The notes beneath the pieces were generated by a model. It saw nothing but the letters and a program-made list of their open reading frames with translations, was not told where the DNA came from and searched no databases. A program made the translations under genes and the position numbers. From Halobacteriovoraceae bacterium (GTDB lineage: Bacteria; Bdellovibrionota; Bacteriovoracia; Bacteriovoracales; Bacteriovoracaceae), in the NCBI GenBank assembly GCA_963719505.1, contig CAVRCF010000005.1:800001-864000 (forward strand): 64,000 nt of DNA, in the 5' to 3' direction. How positions within the stretch are numbered: position 1 is the first letter of the stretch; each line of letters starts with the position of its first letter. Positions 50,478 to 59,018 of this stretch are shown here, in pieces.

Positions 50478-51467
50478 ATGTTATTAACGCAAAAATATCA
50501 TAGCGCAAAAGATATCGATCCTGAGTTTATTCCAAGCCTTGAGGAATTACTCAGCGAATGTGTGCCTTCATTTAACTGGCTTAAAAACTTCGAAGAAAGT
50601 GCCCCTGAAAATACCCACTTTGCCTATTACCTCTTTTTTGGAACACAACATAATTCACCGGTGGGCTTTGCCCAGGTCTCTCTTGAGGGTGAAGTAAAAG
50701 AGAAGAGTCTCTTTTCAAAATTCTTTAAACAAAACTCTCCATCTGAATCTATAAAAAAAGCGTATTGGAAAATGCCAGGTAGTCTCAATGAAGGCATTAT
50801 TTTTCAGCCGATGTATATAAAAGATGCCAAAGATAAAACGAAAAGTTTATTCAAAGAATACCTAGACAGAAAAGATATAGAAATCCAATCCCTTTGTTTT
50901 TCAAAAGCCTTACATGAACTCGAAGAAATTAAAAACGAGTCAAAAGCATCAAAAACGGAAACTGTCATTCCCGGCACTTTGATAAAGACAGCGAACTCTT
51001 ACGAAAACTATCTTTCATCACTGTCAGATGAGTTTCAAACACAAATAAAAAAATCTTGGCGCTCTTTTTATAAAGAAGGAATGAAGCTGGGTGAATACTC
51101 CAGTCTTAAAGAAATTTTCTCTTACAGAAAGGGAGCAAATGAAGTTTATAGAAAGTTAAAATCAGATTGGATTTTTAAGCAGTATAAACACGAGCAATGC
51201 CTTCACTTAACAGTTGAAAAAGAAAATAGTGTTCTCGCGATAATCTTTTTTATCAAAGGCCATGGCGGACACTACTTTTTTGATACCTACTGTTTAGATA
51301 ACTCCGTTGATGAGCTCATGCTATGCCAACTCACAATTATGAAGTTTTATGAGATTGAAGATTCTCAAAGGCTACATCTGATGAAAAGAAGTGAAAGTCT
51401 TCCTCTTTATCAAAACCAAGGGTTCTCACTTCATTGTCAAATCCACATGAGTGTTCACCCGCGGTGA
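50478..51467 (+). CDS. Hypothetical protein, possible GNAT/FemAB-like fold
   Basis: SYENYLSSLS...QIKKSWR motif resembles GNAT6/FemAB proteins. Confidence 0.6.
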   Translation: MLLTQKYHSAKDIDPEFIPSLEELLSECVPSFNWLKNFEESAPENTHFAYYLFFGTQHNSPVGFAQVSLEGEVKEKSLFSKFFKQNSPSESIKKAYWKMPGSLNEGIIFQPMYIKDAKDKTKSLFKEYLDRKDIEIQSLCFSKALHELEEIKNESKASKTETVIPGTLIKTANSYENYLSSLSDEFQTQIKKSWRSFYKEGMKLGEYSSLKEIFSYRKGANEVYRKLKSDWIFKQYKHEQCLHLTVEKENSVLAIIFFIKGHGGHYFFDTYCLDNSVDELMLCQLTIMKFYEIEDSQRLHLMKRSESLPLYQNQGFSLHCQIHMSVHPR

Positions 51468-51829
51468 AATTAACCTATCCAATTATTTTAGAAATTATTA
51501 CGTCGTTTTATGATAAAGCAACAAAAGACATTCTTATTGGTTATCATTTTAGGTTTATTGAAGACTTTGATGAACACCTGCCAAGAATAGCCTCCTTTTG
51601 GCAGCTACAACTAACAGGGAAAATAGACGCTAAAGAACAACTTCCCTTTAATCTTATCGCTGCTCATAAGCCACTAAAACTCAACAAAGGTGAAGTTCAT
51701 CGCTGGGTCATTTTATTTGAGAATACCCTTGATGAGTTTATTCAATCTCAAAAGATATCCGACATGGACAAAATAGATTGGATGAAAAAAGTTGAAAAAT
51801 TTAAAATAAAGATCTTAACTCTTTGTTAA
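51464..51829 (+). CDS. Group III truncated hemoglobin
   Basis: FYDKATKDILIGYHF, HLPRIASFW, RWVILFENTL; GTG start overlapping the upstream stop. Confidence 0.85.
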   Translation: MKLTYPIILEIITSFYDKATKDILIGYHFRFIEDFDEHLPRIASFWQLQLTGKIDAKEQLPFNLIAAHKPLKLNKGEVHRWVILFENTLDEFIQSQKISDMDKIDWMKKVEKFKIKILTLC

Positions 51830-52203
51830 AAAGCTTTTTTTGCAAACAGATGAGAAAGGACAAATCTTTCAAGTATTGGCTCCCCTCTAACATCTTCAAA
51901 AACCCAATTTCGAGAGTAGAATGCCTTCAGACGCTTCGCTGATTCAAAAGCATTTTTTTGGTCTTCATAGTATAGTGCTTTTACTTCTAAATTTTTAATC
52001 ACAACGAGATATCCAGTTCGACAGGGATACTTATAGTCATTACAATCGACGAGCGCTTTATCAATGGTTCCGACCTTTATTCTCATGGTAGGATCCGCCA
52101 GTCGGGTCATACTGAGCATCTGATCTCTTGAAAAATTTGGTAAGTCATCATTTTTGGAGCAGCTAAGTAATAAGGTAAAAAGGATCAAAATAAAAATTTT
52201 CAT
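51826..52203 (-). CDS. Lipoprotein, unknown function
   Basis: Lipobox LLSC. Confidence 0.7.
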   Translation of the reverse strand: MKIFILILFTLLLSCSKNDDLPNFSRDQMLSMTRLADPTMRIKVGTIDKALVDCNDYKYPCRTGYLVVIKNLEVKALYYEDQKNAFESAKRLKAFYSRNWVFEDVRGEPILERFVLSHLFAKKAF

Positions 52204-52219
52204 AACCTACTATAACATC

Positions 52220-53098
52220 TTAGCTCTTTGAAACAACATCTTTGAGTGCTAGCTCAATAGTGGGATTCAAATAGTGAAATCGACTCTCTTTGAGCACTTT
52301 TGGTTCAACCTTAATACTATCCAGCATAAGAGTAGACATCTCACCGAATAAAAGTTTTAAAGCAAACTTAGGTACCGTCATAAAGGTAGGCTTCCTGAGA
52401 ACCTTCCCTAAAACTTCTGTAAATTCTTTATTTCTAATTGGGAAAGGAGTCACAGCATTTATAACTCCAAGAATGGAAGTATTTTCTAAACAAAATTCGT
52501 AAGCCTTAACAAGGTCATATCTGTGAATCCAAGTCATCCACTGCTCACCATCTCCGATCTTGCCACCAACTCCCATTTCAAAAGCTTTCAGCATTTTTTC
52601 GACGGCCCCACCTTTACCAATAACCATTCCGACTCTTAAAATAACAGAGCGTTCAATAATATCTTTGCCAAAATCAGTGACAGCATCTTCCCATGCTATA
52701 CATAATTTTTTTAGAAACCCGTCAGTGTAAATTCCCACAGCAGAAGTTGATATAAATGATTTAACAGTGCCTTGGGAAGTTTTTAAAGAACTTATAATAG
52801 TCTTTGTCGCATCAACCCTAGAATTAAAGAGAATCTTTTTTTGCTCGTTTGACCATTTCTTGTCGCCAATATTTTCACCAACGAGATTAAAGACGGCATC
52901 AATTTTTCCATAAGGAGAAAGATCGATCGACTGATAGACATCATCCCACTTTATAAAAGAGATATTAGCACCTAGAATTTTTTCAGCTTTAACAGGATCG
53001 CGGGTCAGAACAATGAGCTCATGCTTTTTTAAGAGCTCTTCAACTAACTTTCTCCCAACAAAACCGGTCCCACCGGATATTAGAATTTTCATAACCAT
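52220..53098 (-). CDS. TIGR01777-family (YfcH-like) NAD-dependent epimerase
   Basis: ISGGTGFVG, NLVGENI, SRVDAT, GGKIGDGEQWMTWIH. Confidence 0.92.
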   Translation of the reverse strand: MVMKILISGGTGFVGRKLVEELLKKHELIVLTRDPVKAEKILGANISFIKWDDVYQSIDLSPYGKIDAVFNLVGENIGDKKWSNEQKKILFNSRVDATKTIISSLKTSQGTVKSFISTSAVGIYTDGFLKKLCIAWEDAVTDFGKDIIERSVILRVGMVIGKGGAVEKMLKAFEMGVGGKIGDGEQWMTWIHRYDLVKAYEFCLENTSILGVINAVTPFPIRNKEFTEVLGKVLRKPTFMTVPKFALKLLFGEMSTLMLDSIKVEPKVLKESRFHYLNPTIELALKDVVSKS

Positions 53099-53123
53099 AG
53101 TATAGAAAATTCTAATATGTTTA

Positions 53124-54383
53124 TCAACTCAAACGATTTCTTTTCGTAATCTTGACTCTTTTGGTTTTAACTTTTTTCTTTGTTGGTTTCGCCGTCGCCT
53201 TCTCTTTAGCTTTGATAATATCTTGAGAGATGAAATCCAGATCGAGGTTTGATTGCCCCTTGATCGCCTCATTTATAAAGCCGATCATCTTAGAATCAAA
53301 ATGCGTGACAAGGTTGTATACAAGTCCCTTCTTACCTGCTCTGGCAGTACGGCCAGAACGATGAAGATAAAACTCTGCCGATCGAGGAAGTGAGTAATTA
53401 AAAACCCACTTAAGATCTTTTATATCAATTCCTCTCGCTGCAACATCAGTCGCAATGAGGACTTGGGATTTCTTTTCAACAAAAGCTTTATGGGAAGCAA
53501 GTCTGTCTTTTTGAGTCATATCCCCATGAAGCATTCTAAATTTTAAGCTTGGCATCTCTTTTGTTAAGAAAGCGCTAATTTCTTCGGCGTGATTTTTTTG
53601 ATTCGCAAAAATAATCCCTCTTCCTTTGGCCGTTTTCTGAATAAAGGCCAAAACCATTCCAAGTTTTTCCTTAGGAGAGACATAGATATTAAAGGTCTCA
53701 ATTTTACCTTGAACCATATGACTTGATTTAAAGGTCACCTTTTCTAATTCTTTTTTCTTAAAGTGAGTTAAAAGAAAGGTTTCAACGGTTTCAGGTAGAG
53801 TTGCTGAAAACATATGGATCGCCGTATTATCATATTTTACGTTGTGAAGAAGTCCTTCTATGTCCTTTTTAAAACCCATATCAAAAAGAGTGTCTGCCTC
53901 ATCAAAAACGAGATATTTTAAATCAGTAAAATGAACTTCATTTGATTTAATTAACTTTAATAATTTATTGGGAGTCGCCACCAATATCTCATATGACTGC
54001 TCTTTGAGAGACTTAGTCATTTTATTTCTTTGCCCACCAACAAGTGATCTTGTTCGCAATTTTACGTGGTGAGAAAGATCCTTGAAGACCTGCTCTATTT
54101 GAACAACTAACTCTTTAGTCGGAGCAACAATAACAGCAAAAGGTTTGGATTTTTTTTGACTCAAGCCTTCTTCATCTTCAATTTGTTTGATCAACTCACT
54201 TATAGGAAGAGCATAAGAGAGGGTCTTTCCTGTACCGGTTTGGGCCACACAAAGAACAGATTTACCTTCCATAATTTTTGGTATGACTTTAGACTGAACC
54301 TCGTTGGGGGCTTTAATATCTGCTTCTTTGTAATACGGATTAAAATCCTCGTCTATTCCAAGTTTTTCAAATGGATGTGTCAT
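53124..54383 (-). CDS. DEAD-box RNA helicase
   Basis: AQTGTGKT, PTKEL, DEAD, SAT, ATDVAARGID, HRSGRTAR. Confidence 0.95.
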   Translation of the reverse strand: MTHPFEKLGIDEDFNPYYKEADIKAPNEVQSKVIPKIMEGKSVLCVAQTGTGKTLSYALPISELIKQIEDEEGLSQKKSKPFAVIVAPTKELVVQIEQVFKDLSHHVKLRTRSLVGGQRNKMTKSLKEQSYEILVATPNKLLKLIKSNEVHFTDLKYLVFDEADTLFDMGFKKDIEGLLHNVKYDNTAIHMFSATLPETVETFLLTHFKKKELEKVTFKSSHMVQGKIETFNIYVSPKEKLGMVLAFIQKTAKGRGIIFANQKNHAEEISAFLTKEMPSLKFRMLHGDMTQKDRLASHKAFVEKKSQVLIATDVAARGIDIKDLKWVFNYSLPRSAEFYLHRSGRTARAGKKGLVYNLVTHFDSKMIGFINEAIKGQSNLDLDFISQDIIKAKEKATAKPTKKKVKTKRVKITKRNRLS

Positions 54384-54573
54384 ACTTTACTTCCTTAAAT
54401 GATTGATGCGCCACTATATAGCAAAATCCCCTAAACTCAAGCACTTAATGTAAAAAAGAATCGCTTGGTTAAGCCCTCTTCAGGCAATCTTTGGCGTGTT
54501 GATTAACTTTCAAAAACCCTTAAAATTGTAAGGGTAAATAAATCGTTCATTCTAAATACAAAAGGAAAATGAA

Positions 54574-55608
54574 ATGAAAAAATTATTAGTGGGCTTAGTG
54601 CTCTCACTCCCAATGGTAGCTCATGCAATTGATATTACTGTTACGAATGTATCATGTGGAAGTCTCAATGCTACTCAATGTACAGATCTTGATAACAAGA
54701 TTAGAACAGAAGTTAATAAGGACGTCCCAGAAGTTTCGATCGATAAGTATGCTGACGGTATTAGTGACTCGACGGCTTTTGCAATGAAGGGACAAGGATC
54801 TGATTACGCAGACAATTTTGATATATTTACTATTAAAGGAAGTCTTGGAGCTGCGTTAAAGGGTGACATGGACGAGCCTGAACAAGCGGAAGGGATCGGT
54901 CTTGGAGCTGCAATCACTGTTGGTGTAAATCTTGATCTACTTCCTGTTGATAAGATTGGTGGAGTTGAATTAAAAGACTTTGACCTTTTCTTCTCAGCGA
55001 TGAGCTACAATACTGACCAGGATATGGATGACTTAACACTCGAGGGCGATATAAACTCCTTGGCCATGCATGTCCGTTGGAGATTTATTGATGGAGTCGA
55101 TATCTTTCCAGGAAATATGCTCAGATGGGGTGGAGTTCAAATTCACACAGGGTACCAGAGAAGTTCAATGAAGATTGATATGGTTCAAAGTTTAAAAGAT
55201 GAAACAGTGGAAACTGGTAGTGGCCCAACAGCAACATTTGGTGATGCTTCTGTAAACTTTAATATTGATTCTCAAACTAGCTCAATACCTTTTGAAATAT
55301 CAACAAGCATAAGAGCCCTCTATGTCTTTACCCTTTATACAGGTATGGGTTTTGATTACAATGTTTCAGGATCAACTGACATTGATTTAGATGCATCTGG
55401 AACTGTAACTGGGGATGCATCAACTGGTGGATATCAAGCAAGTATCAATGCGAATGAATCCGGTGATGGAACTATCTCTTCCACAAGCTTAAGAGCTTTC
55501 CTGGGGCTACAGTTTAACGTGCCAGTTGTAAGAATCTACGTTCACGCAAACAAGGGACTTGGAAACGATCAACTTGGTGTTAACGGTGGTTTAAAAATAG
55601 CTTGGTAA
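54574..55608 (+). CDS. Outer-membrane beta-barrel protein (Leptospira Lsa36-like)
   Basis: Signal peptide ending AHA; alternating strands; terminal Trp (GGLKIAW). Family assignment tentative. Confidence 0.65.
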   Translation: MKKLLVGLVLSLPMVAHAIDITVTNVSCGSLNATQCTDLDNKIRTEVNKDVPEVSIDKYADGISDSTAFAMKGQGSDYADNFDIFTIKGSLGAALKGDMDEPEQAEGIGLGAAITVGVNLDLLPVDKIGGVELKDFDLFFSAMSYNTDQDMDDLTLEGDINSLAMHVRWRFIDGVDIFPGNMLRWGGVQIHTGYQRSSMKIDMVQSLKDETVETGSGPTATFGDASVNFNIDSQTSSIPFEISTSIRALYVFTLYTGMGFDYNVSGSTDIDLDASGTVTGDASTGGYQASINANESGDGTISSTSLRAFLGLQFNVPVVRIYVHANKGLGNDQLGVNGGLKIAW

Positions 55609-55616
55609 TACTTTCA

Positions 55617-55640
55617 AGCAGCTAGTGAAAGCTAGCTGCT
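55617..55640 (+). terminator. Hairpin after the beta-barrel gene
   Basis: AGCAGCTAG-TGAAAG-CTAGCTGCT; weak U tract. Confidence 0.55.
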
Positions 55641-55736
55641 CATATTTTCAATAACTTACCCACTCCAATTTTTGTAAATTTTACCTTCTAACTCCTCAAT
55701 TTCACAATAAATTCCTCTGAATGCTACACTGCAGCA

Positions 55737-58700
55737 ATGAAATTATCGTTATTCCTCTTATTTGCTTTTGCTTTTAGCTCCGCTGCAGTTGCTTCGAAGC
55801 TGACTATTAAGTTGGATGAAAACGATTTAACACAGATGCCTGCAAGTGATCTGGTCTATCGTGGAAGCCAGATCGATGAACTTGAAGCTTTTGAATTGAA
55901 AAAAACGGGATTCGACCTCTCCCTCCTAGACCCAACCGAGTCGACACTGTTCCAAAGTGAAAAGCTTCCCGTTTCAAATGAATATTTTTTAGGCTATCCC
56001 CACGCAGTTAAAGTAAAGTTTAAGAGTTTTAAAACCTCCCCTCGAGAAATATTTAGAGCACAAGTTATTGATCCAAAATCTGAAAAGCAATTTGTCATCA
56101 CAGCAAGTCTTGATAATCACACTAACCTTTTAAGGTCAGGACTTCTTAGACTTTTAGGTTTTGATATCGACTCTCCTCGTTTTTACAAAGAGATGGAAGT
56201 TGAGTTTGATTCTGAAAAAGAGAAGGAAAAGTTTATTGAACTCGTTGGAGAAGAAACCTTAACGAAAAGAGATAAGTGGTTTACTAAAAACAATTCTAAA
56301 ACAAATTTAACCCTCAAAGGCTTCACTCTTGAGCCAGCTGAACTTAGAAATGTAAACATTCACCTTCCTGTTATGGCCCGCTCAAGACAGGTTGATAGGC
56401 GATCATTTAGAAGTTTAATTGCTCTCTACGCCCTTACCGATTTTACTCAAAAGATTAACGATATACCTTGGAAGATTGGACGCTCATTTAATAACTCCCT
56501 TATTCTGAATCACCCTTATGCGGCTGAATTTAAAAATACAACCTACGATGATATGAAATGGATTCTAAGAAAGATAAACGGGCTCTCTAAGTCAGAATTA
56601 AACGAAGCTCTCAGCCTTTCACAGTACCCAGAAGACATTCACGCTGTTCTTCTAGAGAAGCTCTCTTCGCGGATAAAATACTTAGTTTCATACTTCAACC
56701 TTGAGTCCCCTTTAGAAATTGATACTGAAGTCACTCTTGATAATGTTTTGGGCGGAAGGTTGATGCGCGGAGACTATAGTGACTACGTTGTAGAATTCCA
56801 TGAAAGCGATCCCGAAAATCCTTATCGTTTTTCCGAAATTTTTAGGCTCTTTAAAACTCAGATTCTCTACTCTTCTTTAAGTGGAATTCTCGATACGGCG
56901 ATTCAAAGATTTGTCCCTGGGGTTTACACGACTGATGCCGCTGCAAACGTCCAAGAGCAGATAACACAATATAGACAAGATAACCCTGGTAATGGAGGTG
57001 TTCTCCCCCTAAGCGCTTTCTCATCTCCACTGGCTTCCGGTAGAGTTTATGCCAATCGAAATATCGTTTTTGGACAATACTTAGGTAACACCGCTCCTAT
57101 CCAACTGGTTGACTCGGTTGGAGCAGAAGCAAGTCTTGGTATTTTTACCAGCATTACCGGAGTATCAGAAAATATAATGCCTGGACTTACGGCCAACGTC
57201 AGTTACGGAAGAAGCTACGTCCATGTACGAGCAATGCCAGATCTCCAAACAGCTTCCAGACAACATATTAAAAAACTTTTTGTTCCAGGTTTAATGAAGA
57301 AGCTTGGACGAGTCATTAAAGATGAATTTGAATGCTCAGTTCCAAATGAGGCCTATGTTGAAAAGTCTGAACTAAACGGTGAAACTCTCTACTACATCAA
57401 ATATGATAAAAATCTAACTGATGGAAGAGAACAAGCTCTCAAACTTAGAGAAGAGCTTATCGACTCTGGAGTCTCTCCTGGGATTATCCTCATCCTTCTC
57501 GTTGATAGAGCACAGCTTTGTACAACTGAAATTGCCACAACTCGAAGTGAGTCGTTAAAAAAATTCTTAAAGGAATTCGCTCAAAATGAAACCTTTATTA
57601 TCAATGATTCCCTACGCCTAACAGGGAGTTTAAATGCTCCCATCCCTATCGCTCCAGTTCCAGGCATGTCAGTAAGCATAGGAACGGATCATAGTGCGAC
57701 GAAACTAAAGTCCGTCATGTTAAAAAGGACTGCTTACGGAATGGAGATCACAATAGCGAGGCAAAAAGATCGACGCCATGGGCACAGAGAAGGACTTAAC
57801 TACTTCATTGAGATTTTAAGCCATGCCAATACATTTACCAGAGGTAATCTCATTTCAAATGTTTATAAAATAAACTTAGATGATATTACAACTGAAGAAG
57901 AAGAGACGGCTCTCAAAGCTCTAAGGGAATTTCTTGTGAGTAATGATCACGAAACATTAAAAGAAAACTACAAACCAACACAGTTGGATCATGATATTTG
58001 GGCGAGACTAAGAACCTGGAAGCTTCTGTGGTTTAAAGCTGAAAAGATGAAAATGGATCACACTGTTGACATCATTATTCCAAATAAAGAAGGACAAGAG
58101 TTCTCCATGAAAGAGAGAACCAGAAGCCTCTTCTCGACTTTTGAGATAAAAAGAAGTGGATCCGATTTCCAAACCTTTATTGATAGAACGATCCAGTCAT
58201 TTTGGAGTTTTATTAGCATCGGTTCCAGTAACGGTGACCCTGGACAAACATTTATGGGTAATGGCAAAAAAGTCTCGGTTATAACGGAGAGCGAATTAAC
58301 TGAGGGCTATCCCCTAAGTCCCATATCAAGAATTGAATATGTTTGGACAGGCTGGAAAAAGAAAACGAAAAAGCTTGAGAAGTATTTTTCAAAAATTGAA
58401 GATATCTACAGACCTTTTACATCTGGAGATCTGATTGATAGAACCCTTTTCAACGGTTCAAAGAAACTTCTCTCTTATGATATTAAAAATACTCTTATCA
58501 TCTACCCTAGTGCATTTTCAAAAATAGAAACGCTTCTTTTAAAGTCTTCTGAAACGACTGCTATTAATGCCCTCTACCATATGTATGGTGCGAAAAGGTG
58601 GAAGAGCTTCTGTGAAAGAGCAACTGAGTTTTTTGGAGAAAATGGTCCTCAGACATACTCAGCAGAGAGATTCTATCCATGCGTTCCGGTATCGGTAAAA

Positions 58701-59018
58701 GATATCTTAAGACTTAGAGAGGAATTCCCAACAGATAGAATAGAGAAAACAAAAGCAATTAATAAGCTGTACGTAAATCTTTTTAATAACTTTGAGCCTT
58801 CATCAATTTTACTATGGCTAGGGACAAAGAATTTTTTCTCCTCTTCTAGAGTTACTGGATTTAGAACAAACAACAGTAAAGGATTTATCGAGTATATATC
58901 CGATACAGTCGGAGAATATAACACTGAGGAAGGAACAGGTATCTTTGATAAGATAGGAGCTCATTTGGGCATCTCTCCTTTTGAACTTCGAGCTATGAGC
59001 TATACACCGGGACTATGA
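55737..59018 (+). CDS. Large exported protein, degenerate kinase-like N-terminal region (module 2, gene A)
   Basis: Signal peptide; paralog of 32033..35818 (LLRSGLLRLLGF, DDMKWILRKI, LLEKLSSR, IQLVDSVGA, GDPGQTFMG). Confidence 0.85.
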   Translation: MKLSLFLLFAFAFSSAAVASKLTIKLDENDLTQMPASDLVYRGSQIDELEAFELKKTGFDLSLLDPTESTLFQSEKLPVSNEYFLGYPHAVKVKFKSFKTSPREIFRAQVIDPKSEKQFVITASLDNHTNLLRSGLLRLLGFDIDSPRFYKEMEVEFDSEKEKEKFIELVGEETLTKRDKWFTKNNSKTNLTLKGFTLEPAELRNVNIHLPVMARSRQVDRRSFRSLIALYALTDFTQKINDIPWKIGRSFNNSLILNHPYAAEFKNTTYDDMKWILRKINGLSKSELNEALSLSQYPEDIHAVLLEKLSSRIKYLVSYFNLESPLEIDTEVTLDNVLGGRLMRGDYSDYVVEFHESDPENPYRFSEIFRLFKTQILYSSLSGILDTAIQRFVPGVYTTDAAANVQEQITQYRQDNPGNGGVLPLSAFSSPLASGRVYANRNIVFGQYLGNTAPIQLVDSVGAEASLGIFTSITGVSENIMPGLTANVSYGRSYVHVRAMPDLQTASRQHIKKLFVPGLMKKLGRVIKDEFECSVPNEAYVEKSELNGETLYYIKYDKNLTDGREQALKLREELIDSGVSPGIILILLVDRAQLCTTEIATTRSESLKKFLKEFAQNETFIINDSLRLTGSLNAPIPIAPVPGMSVSIGTDHSATKLKSVMLKRTAYGMEITIARQKDRRHGHREGLNYFIEILSHANTFTRGNLISNVYKINLDDITTEEEETALKALREFLVSNDHETLKENYKPTQLDHDIWARLRTWKLLWFKAEKMKMDHTVDIIIPNKEGQEFSMKERTRSLFSTFEIKRSGSDFQTFIDRTIQSFWSFISIGSSNGDPGQTFMGNGKKVSVITESELTEGYPLSPISRIEYVWTGWKKKTKKLEKYFSKIEDIYRPFTSGDLIDRTLFNGSKKLLSYDIKNTLIIYPSAFSKIETLLLKSSETTAINALYHMYGAKRWKSFCERATEFFGENGPQTYSAERFYPCVPVSVKDILRLREEFPTDRIEKTKAINKLYVNLFNNFEPSSILLWLGTKNFFSSSRVTGFRTNNSKGFIEYISDTVGEYNTEEGTGIFDKIGAHLGISPFELRAMSYTPGL

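Noticed and set aside
54574-55608. Beta-barrel gene as a fifth member of module 2
   Set aside because: It is separated by a hairpin and module 1 has no equivalent upstream; the barrel at 25185 is convergent, shows no visible similarity and belongs to the adhesin operon. Not fully excluded without synteny data.
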